From: Candidatus Latescibacterota bacterium
Lineage (GTDB): Bacteria > Latescibacterota > UBA2968
Assembly: GCA_965222605.1 (NCBI GenBank)
Contig: OZ244960.1
Coordinates: 3,360,001-3,424,000, forward strand
Direction of reading: 5' to 3'
Length of the DNA: 64,000 bases
Shown: positions 37,479 to 47,886 of the stretch, piece by piece
Layout: every line of letters starts with the position of its first letter
How positions within the stretch are numbered: the stretch's first letter is position 1
Translations under genes and position numbers: made by a program
Notes under the pieces: model-generated
What the model saw: the letters and a program-made list of their open reading frames with translations, nothing else
Database searches by the model: none
Told to the model about the DNA's origin: nothing

Positions 37479-38270
37479 TTACGCGATTTCTTTTAGTTTT
37501 TCGATATTTTCAGGTTCATGTCTTTCTTGCCATTTTATATAATCCGCTCCTCCCACCTTCAGCGCGTCTATATAATCCTGGTTGATGTTCTTGCCCTCGT
37601 CGTTGATAACTGCAAGTCCCGAGACCTGTTTGTCTGTCAACGTCTTTCTATATTCAAAAATATCTTTCCACATGAACAGAAAACTGGATAAAGACGCCCT
37701 ATTAATGCTGTTGAAGCACTTTAGAACAATTTCCTTTTCCCGGTACGCTACCTGAAAGTCAAAACTGAATTCAATACCCACAGACCCTCTGGAAATGAAT
37801 TCAGGTGTATAGACTATCATTTGCTCATCCAGGTACTCCCGCACGTCATCTTTGAAAATATTGACAACTGTGGGCTTGGCAAGTACGTAGAAGTTGCTGA
37901 CTTCCAACATCGCTTGAAGCAAATCATGCTTTCTCTGAGGGAAATCGGATTCTCTGTTGGCTTGTGTTACAAGTTCGTTGCTCTTATTGCTTACGCCATA
38001 ACTGGCTAAGACTCTGCCCAGAAGTTCTCTCCGAGATGACGAGCGAGAAAAAGAAACGCCCATTAACTCCAAATCGTGGAGTGTCTTGCCGTCATCGGAG
38101 AGCATGATTTTGTCCCCTTCTTTCTTGGCGTATATTTCCAGTGTGTCATTGAATAGACCAGTAAAGGGAGTAGAAATAAGACCCCAATCGCTTTCGTTTC
38201 CCATAGGAATATAAGTTTTCGACCTGAGCCAGGTATAATACTTGTCTTCTTGTTCAGCAAGCCAGTTCAT
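37479..38270 (-). CDS. DUF1828/DUF1829 protein (nuclease-like, mobile/defence-associated)
   Basis: ISTPF....D.LEIY, LSDDGKTL, GSVGIEFSFDF; AT-rich. Confidence 0.8.
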   Translation of the reverse strand: MNWLAEQEDKYYTWLRSKTYIPMGNESDWGLISTPFTGLFNDTLEIYAKKEGDKIMLSDDGKTLHDLELMGVSFSRSSSRRELLGRVLASYGVSNKSNELVTQANRESDFPQRKHDLLQAMLEVSNFYVLAKPTVVNIFKDDVREYLDEQMIVYTPEFISRGSVGIEFSFDFQVAYREKEIVLKCFNSINRASLSSFLFMWKDIFEYRKTLTDKQVSGLAVINDEGKNINQDYIDALKVGGADYIKWQERHEPENIEKLKEIA

Positions 38271-38295
38271 GATGATACCCTTATCTCTTCAGCGG

Positions 38296-38490
38296 TCATG
38301 AAACCCGTCCAGGCTCCCCGCTCGCGCCTTGTCCAGCGGTTTCTTTCAAGGCGCGCAGATCCACAATTTGCTGACCTTCCATCCGCTTTTTGGTTTGGAG
38401 ATAGGCAACAAGTGCCTCGATATCATACCCATGTTCCTGTGCGATGCTGTCTTTGATCTGCCAGAGTTCTTTGATGATTTCGTCAGACAT
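38296..38490 (-). CDS. Small antitoxin-like protein
   Basis: MSDEIIKELWQIKDSIAQEHGYD resembles partners of PIN toxins. Confidence 0.55.
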   Translation of the reverse strand: MSDEIIKELWQIKDSIAQEHGYDIEALVAYLQTKKRMEGQQIVDLRALKETAGQGASGEPGRVS

Positions 38491-38517
38491 CTTCGAATAC
38501 TCCCATAAGTTCTTGCG

Positions 38518-39330
38518 TTACACAAGCACAGCTACGCCCTCAACGTATTCTTCAAAGAGTGCGATGTCTTCTTTCATCATGTCGGGGTTGTCTTTGAGGA
38601 AGAAGCCGACGAGGGCCACGTCGTTTTCGCGCATGGCTTTGCCCATGGTTTCAAAGGCTTCGAGGATGGGTTTGTTGCCGCCTGCGAAGACTTTGTAATG
38701 TACGACGGGACAGGGGATGGTGGCGATTACGCCGAGCATTTTGGCGCGGTCTTCTTCTTCCCACTTTTCGCCTTCGTCACTGTGGTGCGCGCTGCGAGAG
38801 CGGTCCGTGGGGTTGTAATAACTGCACATCTGGAAATCGGGGTCGAGGTTGTCGCGCACCCATTCGTGTGCCGCGGGTTGATGGGCTGCAAATCCAGATG
38901 CGACGCCCGCATTGGACATTGTGTCGAGAGCTTCGTAAAAATTGTCCCACTGTTCTGCGGCATACCAGTTATCGACCACGCCGCCGTGGATATAGGTGCC
39001 GCTTGCGCCCAGTTCGATGGATGCACTGAGCCATTTGCGCCAGGCATTGGGGTTGCCGCGCTCGATGCATACCTGTGCAAACCACTGGATGCTGCCGCCT
39101 TCATCCCAGTATTCTTCGAGGAGTCCCATGATGTGATCGTCTGTGCGCCCAAAGAAGGTGTTGATGCCGAGTTCTTCGGCCTGTCGCCAGGTGTCTTTGA
39201 TGCAGTTGGGCGTGTAATAATCGGTCATTTTTTTGCTGCGTTCTCTGGTCTGGTGCGAAAACCCGCTGAACGGGTTGCCGCCAATACAAATGCCCGAGAC
39301 ACTTACTCCGCCTATGTTTGCGTATCGCAT
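38518..39330 (-). CDS. Aldo/keto-reductase-like TIM barrel protein
   Basis: VSGICIGGNPFSGFSH, GINT, YKVFAGG. Confidence 0.65.
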   Translation of the reverse strand: MRYANIGGVSVSGICIGGNPFSGFSHQTRERSKKMTDYYTPNCIKDTWRQAEELGINTFFGRTDDHIMGLLEEYWDEGGSIQWFAQVCIERGNPNAWRKWLSASIELGASGTYIHGGVVDNWYAAEQWDNFYEALDTMSNAGVASGFAAHQPAAHEWVRDNLDPDFQMCSYYNPTDRSRSAHHSDEGEKWEEEDRAKMLGVIATIPCPVVHYKVFAGGNKPILEAFETMGKAMRENDVALVGFFLKDNPDMMKEDIALFEEYVEGVAVLV

Positions 39331-39341
39331 GTTTTGCTCCT

Positions 39342-40961
39342 TTATGGACGCATAAAGCCCGAGAAAAAGTCGTTGCCTTTGTCATCGACGACGATGAATG
39401 CGGGAAAGTCTTCGACTTCGATGCGCCATATTGCTTCCATGCCGAGTTCGGGATATTCCTGGCATTCGACCTTGCGAATGGCGTCTTTGGCGAGGCGTGC
39501 GGCGGGTCCGCCGATGGAGCCGAGGTAAAATCCGCCGTGTTTTTTGCACGCTTCTGTTACTTGTCGCGAGCGATTGCCTTTGGCAAGCATGACCATGCTG
39601 CCACCTTCTGCCTGGAATGAATCGACATAGCTGTCCATGCGTCCCGCGGTTGTGGGACCAAATGAACCGGAGGCGTATCCTTCAGGTGTTTTGGCGGGTC
39701 CTGCATAATAGACGCACAGGTCTTTGAAATACTGCGGAAGCCCTTCGCCGTTGTCTATGCGTTCCTGGAGTTGGGCGTGGGCAATATCGCGTGCGACGAT
39801 CATGGGGCCGGAGAGGGATAAGCGCGTGCTGACCGGATATTTGCTAAGGGTTTCGCGCACTTTGTCCATGGGCTGGTTGAGGTTGATTTTTACGACGTCG
39901 CCGCCGAGGGCTTCTTCATCTACTTCGGGGAGGTATTTCGCCGGATCGCTTTCCAATTCTTCGAGGAAGATGCCGTCGCGCGTTATTTTTCCCAGGATTT
40001 GTCGGTCGGCAGAGCAGGATACGGCAATGCCGACAGGGCAGGATGCGCCGTGGCGGGGCAGGCGAATAACGCGCACGTCGTGGCAGAAGTATTTGCCGCC
40101 AAATTGCGCGCCAATGCCGATTTCGTGACTCATTTCGAGGACTTGTTTTTCCATTTCGAGATCGCGGAAAGCCTGGCCGTATTCATTGCCCTGTGTGGGC
40201 AGAGTGTCGAGATATTTGGCACTTGCGAGTTTGGCGGTTTTGAGGGTGTATTCTGCGGATGTGCCGCCAATGACGAGGGCGAGGTGATAGGGGGGGCAGG
40301 CGGCTGTGCCGAGTTCGCGCAGGCGCAGGTCGATAAAGTCTCGCAGTCGTTCGGGATTGAGCAGGGCTCTGGTTTCTTGATAGAGCAGGCTTTTGTTGGC
40401 GGACCCACCGCCTTTGGCCATGAACATGAATTTGTACGTATCCCCTTGCTCGGCATAGATCTCGATTTGGGCTGGCAGGTTGGTTTTTGTATTTGCTTCT
40501 TGAAACATGTCGAGTGGTGCCAGTTGGCTGTAGCGCAGGTTCGTTTCCAGAAAGGCTCTGGTAATGCCGTGTGCGAGCGCGGCTTCGTCGCTGCCATCGG
40601 TCCACACGCGATTGCCCTTTTTGCCCATGATAATGGCTGTGCCCGTGTCCTGACACATGGGGAGGACACCGCCTGCGGCGATGTTGGCATTTTTGAGCAT
40701 TTCAATGGCGACAAAGCGGTCGTTGTCCGAGGCTTCGGGGTCGTCGAGAATTTTGGTTAGTTGTTTTAAGTGTGCGGGACGGAGCAGGTGCGCGCTGTCT
40801 CGAATGGCGCGGTCTGCCAGCAGGGTCAGGCCTTCGGTTTCGACTTTGAGGATTTCCTGGCCTTCAAATTGCCCCGTTGAAATATAATCGGTTGTGAGCA
40901 ACTGGTAGGGGGTTTCGTCTTCTCCCAGGGGTATCATTTCGCGGTGTTCGTAGGTGTCCAT
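39342..40961 (-). CDS. fumA: Class I Fe-S fumarate hydratase
   Basis: [35 protein letters not shown]. Confidence 0.95.
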   Translation of the reverse strand: MDTYEHREMIPLGEDETPYQLLTTDYISTGQFEGQEILKVETEGLTLLADRAIRDSAHLLRPAHLKQLTKILDDPEASDNDRFVAIEMLKNANIAAGGVLPMCQDTGTAIIMGKKGNRVWTDGSDEAALAHGITRAFLETNLRYSQLAPLDMFQEANTKTNLPAQIEIYAEQGDTYKFMFMAKGGGSANKSLLYQETRALLNPERLRDFIDLRLRELGTAACPPYHLALVIGGTSAEYTLKTAKLASAKYLDTLPTQGNEYGQAFRDLEMEKQVLEMSHEIGIGAQFGGKYFCHDVRVIRLPRHGASCPVGIAVSCSADRQILGKITRDGIFLEELESDPAKYLPEVDEEALGGDVVKINLNQPMDKVRETLSKYPVSTRLSLSGPMIVARDIAHAQLQERIDNGEGLPQYFKDLCVYYAGPAKTPEGYASGSFGPTTAGRMDSYVDSFQAEGGSMVMLAKGNRSRQVTEACKKHGGFYLGSIGGPAARLAKDAIRKVECQEYPELGMEAIWRIEVEDFPAFIVVDDKGNDFFSGFMRP

Positions 40962-40982
40962 TTTTTCCTTTCTTTTTTGGCT

Positions 40983-42071
40983 TTATTGTTCCAGCCATTC
41001 GAGGTCGAAGCGGGCGACGGTGACATATCGCGTGTCGTTCTGTCGCGTGAAGATTTGGTTTTCGTAGATGCAGCATATTGTGCCATCGGCTGTTTGGGCG
41101 AGGTCGGAATAACTCGAGGGTCCCGGTTCGAGGATTTTGGAGATGGGCCAGGTCTGGCAGTCGTCGGTGCTCATTTTGACGGTGAGGCGTTTGCGGTCAT
41201 AAGAGACGCGGCCGGGTCTGGTAAATTCGCGTTCGAGGTTGTCGGGATTGGCAAAAACGATGTTGCCATTTTGGAGTTTGAGGATGCTGCCCATGCACAC
41301 GGGTTCGAGCAAGGCGTCGTCGAATTGCAGTTCTGACCAGTTGGTCGCGCCATCGGGGCTGGTGGTGATGAGGCGGCGGTGGCGTTTGGATTCTGTGCGG
41401 ATGTTGAATAAGACGCGCCCGTCGTTGAGTTCAACGGGGAGTGTTTCGCTGGGGTTGATGTATTCGCCTTCTGTGCGTACGATGATGTCACTGCGCTGCC
41501 AGGTCTGTGCGTGGTCGTCGCTGTAGATGCCCGCGACTGTGGAGGGGCGATGCCCGAGTTTGCCCGCACCAAATTCCGTGCCGCTGCCGTCCGACATCCA
41601 GATGGGTACGATGAGGCGTCCGTTTTGAAGTTGTATGCCGTGCCCGGGGCCAGTGGCTATGACGCGCCAGGGGTATTGTTCGCGGAAGGGTGTGAGTACA
41701 TCTGTGATTTCAGTGGGGTCGGACCATGTAGCGCCGTCGTCTTTGCTCTGCATGTAAAATACGCGGGCGTAGTTGTGGCAATAGAGGGCGTGAACCGCGC
41801 CGTCTTTTTGGTCGGAGATCATGACAAAGTTGCTGATGGGACCTTCGCCATACATGTCGCAATGGGCAACAACGGTGGGCGGTTCCCAGGTCTGTCCACC
41901 GTCCGCACTGCGCCGCATGACCACGTCATTGCCATCCCAATCGCCGCCTCTGCCGCGTCGAGCCTCTGCCGTGGCGAGGAGGATGTTGTTTTGCGTACAG
42001 ATAATGCCCGGTACGCGGTAGATGTAATACCCGTTTGTGCGGCCTTCAAAGAGGTGGGTTTTGTCAATCAT
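40983..42071 (-). CDS. GH33-type sialidase (BNR repeats), no signal peptide
   Basis: YRVP motif and five Asp boxes (SADGGQTW, SKDDGATW, SDDHAQTW, SPDGATNW, STDDCQTW). Confidence 0.88.
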   Translation of the reverse strand: MIDKTHLFEGRTNGYYIYRVPGIICTQNNILLATAEARRGRGGDWDGNDVVMRRSADGGQTWEPPTVVAHCDMYGEGPISNFVMISDQKDGAVHALYCHNYARVFYMQSKDDGATWSDPTEITDVLTPFREQYPWRVIATGPGHGIQLQNGRLIVPIWMSDGSGTEFGAGKLGHRPSTVAGIYSDDHAQTWQRSDIIVRTEGEYINPSETLPVELNDGRVLFNIRTESKRHRRLITTSPDGATNWSELQFDDALLEPVCMGSILKLQNGNIVFANPDNLEREFTRPGRVSYDRKRLTVKMSTDDCQTWPISKILEPGPSSYSDLAQTADGTICCIYENQIFTRQNDTRYVTVARFDLEWLEQ

Positions 42072-42290
42072 GTGACGCTCCGTTTATGTCGAGGATTTGG
42101 ATCGGGAATCATTCATAATTATACCATAATCATGAAAAAAAGAAAAAGCTAAAAAATTGCGAATGAGTTGAAGATATGATATCTTGAATCTGTTCATAAA
42201 GTCTGTTATATTTGAAGGGATACAGAGCCTAACGTCTGTCAAACTTTTTCTTGTAAAAAAAAATTACTTCAACGAGAGCGAGGTTTCAAC

Positions 42291-42536
42291 ATGGATGAAC
42301 AAAAATATCTCGATAGAATTACAGTCAATCCAAAAATCTTTGGTGGCAAGCCAATTATCCGAGGGCGCCGTCTCGCTGTTGAGCATGTCTTGGGCAGGCT
42401 TGCGGTAGGAGATACACCCGAGATTATTCTAAAAGGGTATCCCTGGCTGGAGCCTGAAGATATTCAGGCATGTTTGGTATATGCATACCGGATTGTTGGA
42501 CATGAACGTGTCGAACCGCGAATTGTTGAAGCATGA
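42291..42536 (+). CDS. DUF433 antitoxin
   Basis: RITVNPKIFGGKPIIRGRR...YPWL..EDIQACL.YA. Confidence 0.9.
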   Translation: MDEQKYLDRITVNPKIFGGKPIIRGRRLAVEHVLGRLAVGDTPEIILKGYPWLEPEDIQACLVYAYRIVGHERVEPRIVEA

Positions 42537-42892
42537 AAGTGTTGCTCGATACATGTGTCTATGGAGGAGGTGTTGAAATACTTGAGGCTGCTGGTTATGA
42601 TGTTATTTGGGCTGGCAATTGGCCTCGAGATCCAGGCGATGAAGAGATTTTGCGACGCGCATACAGCGAAGGTAGGATTCTGATTACACTGGATAAGGAT
42701 TTCGGAGAACTGGCAGTTCTTTTTCGCAAACCTCATTGTGGTATCATAAGATTGGTGGATTTATCATATACACAAGAGCCAAAAGTGTGTATGCAGGTAC
42801 TTGATAAATATGGTGAGGTGTTGCAAAAAGGCGCGATAGTTACGGCAGAATTGGATCGTCTGAGATTTAGGCCTCCTGATCCAGAAACGTAA
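42533..42892 (+). CDS. DUF5615 PIN-like toxin
   Basis: MKVLLD, DEEIL..A..EGRILITLDKDFGEL. Confidence 0.9.
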   Translation: MKVLLDTCVYGGGVEILEAAGYDVIWAGNWPRDPGDEEILRRAYSEGRILITLDKDFGELAVLFRKPHCGIIRLVDLSYTQEPKVCMQVLDKYGEVLQKGAIVTAELDRLRFRPPDPET

Positions 42893-42956
42893 AGGATAGA
42901 TGATATGGAAGCTTTTGGAATACCGGAAGATGTAGAGACGCAATACAGGAGGCAAT

Positions 42957-43796
42957 ATGTCTGCTCCACGTATCGATGACCGCGACTGGTCCGCCTTGAC
43001 TTCGGGCGAGCGCATTCGCCAGATTGAGGTCGAGGGCTACCTTATGATCCCCGATCTATTGACGCCCGAGCATCTGGCCCGGCTCAAGGCGATAACCGAC
43101 AGCCTGGAAACCACCCCGGTGGATTACAGCATCCACCAGCGGGGACGGAGTGATATCCAGTTCCTCGGCGGCGAAATCACCGACCTCATCGCCCATCCCC
43201 CAACGGTTGCCTTTCTGAGGGAACTCCTGGGGGAGGACATCATCCTGTCGCACTACGGCTATGCCCGCTCAGAGCCTGGGCACCCTGGCATCAGCCTCCA
43301 TACGGACGGCCAACCCTACGGTTCGCACATCTTTGGTTACCTGGGCAGCGTACCGATCATGGTCCGGGTGCTGTATTATCTGGACGACCTGACCCCGGAA
43401 GTCTCCCCATTCCGCGTAATTCCCCGATCGCACCTCTCCATGCACGCAGACGGCAATCCCTACCAGCGCTTCGAGTCCCATCCCGAGGAGGTCATGGTCA
43501 CCGCAAAAGCCGGTTCTGCCATGTTCATCAACCACAAGATTTTCCACGGCAACTTCCCCAATGTCGGCGACTGGCCCCGCTCGATGCTGGCTATTGCTTA
43601 CCGCCCGGCCTGGGCCGGTCCTGTCCAGAAAGTTGAAGGGTGGGATCCGCAGGCCGTCGCCGCGCTGCCCGATGCAGTGAAGTCCTTCTTCGGCGACCGC
43701 AACACCCGCCACTGGATCTTCGAAGGGGGCAACAAACCGCCCAACATGGCCAGCCACGCCCCTGGCATCAATCCCAGCCGATGGAAACGCAAGTGA
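42957..43796 (+). CDS. PhyH-family Fe(II)/2OG dioxygenase
   Basis: LHTD, YYLDD, IPRSH, FHG motifs. Confidence 0.85.
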   Translation: MSAPRIDDRDWSALTSGERIRQIEVEGYLMIPDLLTPEHLARLKAITDSLETTPVDYSIHQRGRSDIQFLGGEITDLIAHPPTVAFLRELLGEDIILSHYGYARSEPGHPGISLHTDGQPYGSHIFGYLGSVPIMVRVLYYLDDLTPEVSPFRVIPRSHLSMHADGNPYQRFESHPEEVMVTAKAGSAMFINHKIFHGNFPNVGDWPRSMLAIAYRPAWAGPVQKVEGWDPQAVAALPDAVKSFFGDRNTRHWIFEGGNKPPNMASHAPGINPSRWKRK

Positions 43797-43805
43797 GGAG
43801 AACGA

Positions 43806-44588
43806 ATGTATCCCAACCCCCTTAAACAGAAACTCAGAAAGGGCGAAATCGTGCTGGGGACCTCCCTGCCGGTCCCCTCATCCCTCGTCCTTGGAACCAT
43901 CATGCAGGCCCGGCCAGACTTTGTCTGGATCGATACCGAACACGCCCCGTTCGCCACCGAATCCCTTGACGCCATCCCCGTCCTTGCCAGGCAGAACGGC
44001 GTGGCGCCGATGATCCGTGTGGCCTGGAACGACCCGGCCCTGATCAAGAAGGCCTACGATGTTGGCGCCGTGGCTGTGATGGTGCCCCAGGTCAACACCG
44101 CCGAAGAAGCCGCCCGGGCAGTGCAATATGCCCGTTACCCCCCTGAAGGACAGCGCGGGCTTTCCCCCATGTGGACCCGCATAGCCGGCGAAGACTGGAA
44201 CCACGTCATCAAAACCGCAAACGCAGAAACCGTATTGATTCTCCAGGTCGAGAGCCAGGAGGCCTACGACAACATCGACGAAATCAAGCAAGTCGCAGGC
44301 ATTGACGTCCTGCTCGTAGGGCCGCTCGACCTGTCCGCATCGGTCGGAAAGATCACCGAAACCAGCGCCAGGGAAGTCCAGGAGATTATGCGGGATGTTC
44401 CCGGGCAGCTGGAAGGGTCCGGCATTGTCGCTGGCACCACACTTGTGGATCTCTCCGAAATCCAGGAAAAACTTCGCTGGGGCTACCGTTTTATGAACGT
44501 CGGCAATGTTCTCGCTTACGGCACGCAGCTCCTGACCCATAACCTCGAAACCCTACGCGCCAATCCAGGTGGAAGGACTGAAGAATGA
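43806..44588 (+). CDS. HpcH/HpaI aldolase
   Basis: DFVWIDTEH, VMVPQV, RYPPEGQRG, QVES, GPLDLS. Confidence 0.9.
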   Translation: MYPNPLKQKLRKGEIVLGTSLPVPSSLVLGTIMQARPDFVWIDTEHAPFATESLDAIPVLARQNGVAPMIRVAWNDPALIKKAYDVGAVAVMVPQVNTAEEAARAVQYARYPPEGQRGLSPMWTRIAGEDWNHVIKTANAETVLILQVESQEAYDNIDEIKQVAGIDVLLVGPLDLSASVGKITETSAREVQEIMRDVPGQLEGSGIVAGTTLVDLSEIQEKLRWGYRFMNVGNVLAYGTQLLTHNLETLRANPGGRTEE

Positions 44589-45448
44589 CAGAATCACTAC
44601 GCCTGCTCTCCATCGGGGCGCATCCGGCCGATATCTTCGACCAATCGGGCGGCACCATGGCCCATCACGTCAGCCGCGGCGACGATGTGCGGTGTGCGGT
44701 GCTGACCCACGGCGCACGGGTGCATGATGCCGTGATCAGCGACGCGATGTTCCACCGTGAGGAAGTGCCGGACGGGGCCGAGCTTCTGAAGCTGATGCAA
44801 GAACGCTCCGACGTCAAAGCGGCGGAGGTTCGCGCGGCCTGTGCGTTTCTGGGTGTAGAAGAGATCTACTTTTTCGGCGCCGATGATTCGGTCCTGCTCG
44901 TCAAGGACGAGACGGTGAGACGCCTGGCAAGGCTGCTGCGGGAGCTCCGTCCCGATATCGTCCTGACCCATTTCCCCAAAGAAGGTGACGGCCTGACCAA
45001 CGCGCACGCCACCGCCGGGCAGATCGTGATGCACGCCATCGGGCTGGCCAACAGCGTCGACCCCGGTGACCGAAATCCCCCCCACCGGGTCGCGCAGGTC
45101 TTTTATTTTGGAGGAGGCGGTGCGAGGATTCCCCGGCAGGTCTGGGACTCCGAGGGGGGCTACTACAACGACGTCTTCATCGACATCACCGATGTCGTGG
45201 AAAAAAAGCTGGCGGCGCTGGACTGCCTGGTGAGCCAGGGATACGGCGGTGCCTATTCCCGGAAACGGATCGAGACCAGCGACGGCGCATTTGGCAGCGC
45301 GGGGCACTGCGCGTACGCAGAAGGCTTCATTTCCCTGCACGCCGAAACCCATTCATTCCTTCCGCTGACCGAGCACGCGCTCAGGGTTGCCCGTTCATCC
45401 GACCACGAGAATATCAGTCGCAGTTCCTACCGCATCCCGGTGGATTGA
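44585..45448 (+). CDS. PIG-L/LmbE-family deacetylase-like protein
   Basis: GAHPAD, GGT, LTHG, RPDIVLTH, DITD..EKK. Confidence 0.8.
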   Translation: MTESLRLLSIGAHPADIFDQSGGTMAHHVSRGDDVRCAVLTHGARVHDAVISDAMFHREEVPDGAELLKLMQERSDVKAAEVRAACAFLGVEEIYFFGADDSVLLVKDETVRRLARLLRELRPDIVLTHFPKEGDGLTNAHATAGQIVMHAIGLANSVDPGDRNPPHRVAQVFYFGGGGARIPRQVWDSEGGYYNDVFIDITDVVEKKLAALDCLVSQGYGGAYSRKRIETSDGAFGSAGHCAYAEGFISLHAETHSFLPLTEHALRVARSSDHENISRSSYRIPVD

Positions 45449-45495
45449 GAAGCTCTGCGAATGGCCCACCGATCCGCCCCACACGGATGGACCCC

Positions 45496-46368
45496 ATGAT
45501 CAAACTCGGCTGCACCGCCATGCTGCGGGACAAAGAGAACGCCGGGCAGTTCATCGACGTCGAATCTCTGATCGACCTGATCCACAACCTGAGGCTGGAC
45601 ATTGTCGATCTGCACCTCTACAGAGGGTTCCGTTCCAGGAATTCTGAGTACCTGCGCCAGATTAAGGGAAAGTGCCTCAGGTACGGGCTGCCGATCGGCT
45701 ATGTGGGAATCGGAAATGGATTCGTGGGCGCGGCGACCGGCGCGAACCAGCGCGTGGTCGGCGTTCCTCTGCCGCCGGAGGAACTGCGCAGGCGGGTGGC
45801 AGAGGCGAAAGAGGCCGTGGATGTGGCGGCATTTATGGGTGCGCCCCTGGTCCGCCTGTTCGGGGGTGGCCTGCCAGAGGGGACAGAGGACCGGGAAGCA
45901 CTCTGGTCCTCGATGATCCGCAGTTTCCAGGAAGTCGCCGACTACGCGATCGACAAGGGTATCTTCCTGGGTCTCCACAACCATCCGCCCGCCGTGGCTC
46001 CCACCGGTGACGACATCCTCCGCATCCTGCACGACACCGACCGCGAGAACTTCACCTTCATACTGGACACTGGCCAGTGGTTCGGCTCACCCGGAACAAA
46101 CCTGGCGGGGAAATTCGATTCCGGCCTGGCGTTCTACCACTACATGGAACAAACCGCCCCGCACGCCGCCTGCGTGCGTGCCAAAATCTACAAAATCGAC
46201 AGTGGCCGGGAAGAATGGCTCGACTACGAGCGCATTGTGTCGATCCTGAAAGCCGTCAACTACAACGGCAATGTGTCGATTATCTTCGAAGACCGCAACA
46301 ACCGTTGCGGTTACGCCGAAGCGATCGGCCTGGCGGCCAGGTATCTGCGCGGACTGCTCGCGGATTGA
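45496..46368 (+). CDS. Sugar phosphate isomerase/epimerase (start uncertain)
   Basis: VRLFGG, LGLHNH, ILDTGQW, YNG.VSI. Confidence 0.8.
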   Translation: MIKLGCTAMLRDKENAGQFIDVESLIDLIHNLRLDIVDLHLYRGFRSRNSEYLRQIKGKCLRYGLPIGYVGIGNGFVGAATGANQRVVGVPLPPEELRRRVAEAKEAVDVAAFMGAPLVRLFGGGLPEGTEDREALWSSMIRSFQEVADYAIDKGIFLGLHNHPPAVAPTGDDILRILHDTDRENFTFILDTGQWFGSPGTNLAGKFDSGLAFYHYMEQTAPHAACVRAKIYKIDSGREEWLDYERIVSILKAVNYNGNVSIIFEDRNNRCGYAEAIGLAARYLRGLLAD

Positions 46369-46488
46369 AGGCCGGTCGCAATACTTCATCCCAGGCGTTT
46401 CAATCACACGTCCCTCCGCCAAAGTCCCTTATCTCTCTATCCCTCCTTCGGACAATATATCATAGCGCATGTCCATGTTCCCGCCGCC

Positions 46489-47850
46489 CTAAGGTAGCAC
46501 GCGCACGCGTTGTAGTCGCTGTTCCTCTTTGATATGTGTGTACTGCGTCTGTTGAATCCGGTGCGTTAGCAGGCGTTGCACAAGATCCAATGTCACATGC
46601 TCGTAACCGGCTACTCCAGCCAGATTTTGCTGTTCATGCGAATCCACAGTCAGGTTATACAGGTGCTGTACGCCGCCCTGTTCCGGATCGAATACCAGTT
46701 TCCAGTTTCCGGTGCGCACCATCGCACATGTAGCCAGTTCGGCAAATACCGCGTCTCTTCCACTGTGCGGTTCTCCCCGCACCATCGCCGGGATATCCAG
46801 CCCGGGCCGGCGGCGGTCGAACGCGAGCCTGGCCCCCGCAAGCCGAAGCATTGTCGGATACAGATCCAGGTGAGACACCAGTGCTTTGCTCACCCGCGGC
46901 CCGTTCATCCTTTCCTCTTTGGGAATTCCCGGACCGCACATCAAAAGCGGCACGCCTGCACTGTTCTCGTAGAAATACCTTTTGTCCCATATCCCATAAT
47001 CGCCCAGGCAGTCTCCGTGGTCCGACGTAAAAATAATTACCGTATTATCGTATATCCCCTTTGCCTTCAGCGCCTCCACCAGCTGGCCCACATAAGCATC
47101 GATTAGCGCGCATTTGTCCATATAGTGTGCTCGCCTTAGTCGCACCGATGCTTCGTCCGGCGCTCCCAGAGGCGGCGGCATCGCCTCGGGATCGTGTTGC
47201 AACTCGCCCGGATGCCACAGTGGTGGATGTGGCCCGATAAATGACAGATTTAAATAAAAAGGTCGGTCTTCTATATAGTCCTCTACGAATCGGATCCCTT
47301 TTATACCTATAAACCCGTCGGCCGTCTCGTCTGGGTCGTCGAACAGGTGCCGGAATCCCCCTTTGCGAAGCACCTCCCGAAATGCCTTCAGTTTTCCTTG
47401 TTTTTTTAGATAATTCGTGTACTCATCGTCATTGTGTCCGTTTTCCCCGTCGTCCTGAACCTGAAATATATAGTCGAATCCGTATTGTCTCAATTCTTCG
47501 TCGTTCTCCGTTACATCAATGCAGAACCCGTAGCTGTCAATGTAATGGTGCTTACCAATCATTGCCGTATAATACCCCGCCTGCTGAAGGTGATGCATAA
47601 ACGTATCGTTCCGAAGCTCCGGGTGAATCACATCGGCCTGATTCCCGCATACTCCCGTATGCGATGGGTACATCCCGGTGATGATCGAGATCCGCGAAGG
47701 CCCGCACAGCGGCGTGGCGCAATACGCGTTGGTAAACTGCGTTCCTTCTGCGGCTAAAGCCATCAAATTGGGCGTGCTTTTCCCCAGCGCATCGCGCCGG
47801 AAATGGTCGGTCAGAATCAAAATAATATTGGGCTTGCGGTTCTCGGACAT
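46489..47850 (-). CDS. Formylglycine-type sulfatase
   Basis: PNIILILTD, CGPSR (CxPxR), GKHH, SDHG. Confidence 0.92.
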   Translation of the reverse strand: MSENRKPNIILILTDHFRRDALGKSTPNLMALAAEGTQFTNAYCATPLCGPSRISIITGMYPSHTGVCGNQADVIHPELRNDTFMHHLQQAGYYTAMIGKHHYIDSYGFCIDVTENDEELRQYGFDYIFQVQDDGENGHNDDEYTNYLKKQGKLKAFREVLRKGGFRHLFDDPDETADGFIGIKGIRFVEDYIEDRPFYLNLSFIGPHPPLWHPGELQHDPEAMPPPLGAPDEASVRLRRAHYMDKCALIDAYVGQLVEALKAKGIYDNTVIIFTSDHGDCLGDYGIWDKRYFYENSAGVPLLMCGPGIPKEERMNGPRVSKALVSHLDLYPTMLRLAGARLAFDRRRPGLDIPAMVRGEPHSGRDAVFAELATCAMVRTGNWKLVFDPEQGGVQHLYNLTVDSHEQQNLAGVAGYEHVTLDLVQRLLTHRIQQTQYTHIKEEQRLQRVRVLP

Positions 47851-47886
47851 GGAATTCTCCAACGTGGTTAAACGCCCTGCGCTGTG

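Noticed and set aside
38281-38345. Possible degenerate integron attC at the end of the small ORF
   Set aside because: No RYYYAAC/GTTRRRY pair or convincing stem; no integrase in the window.
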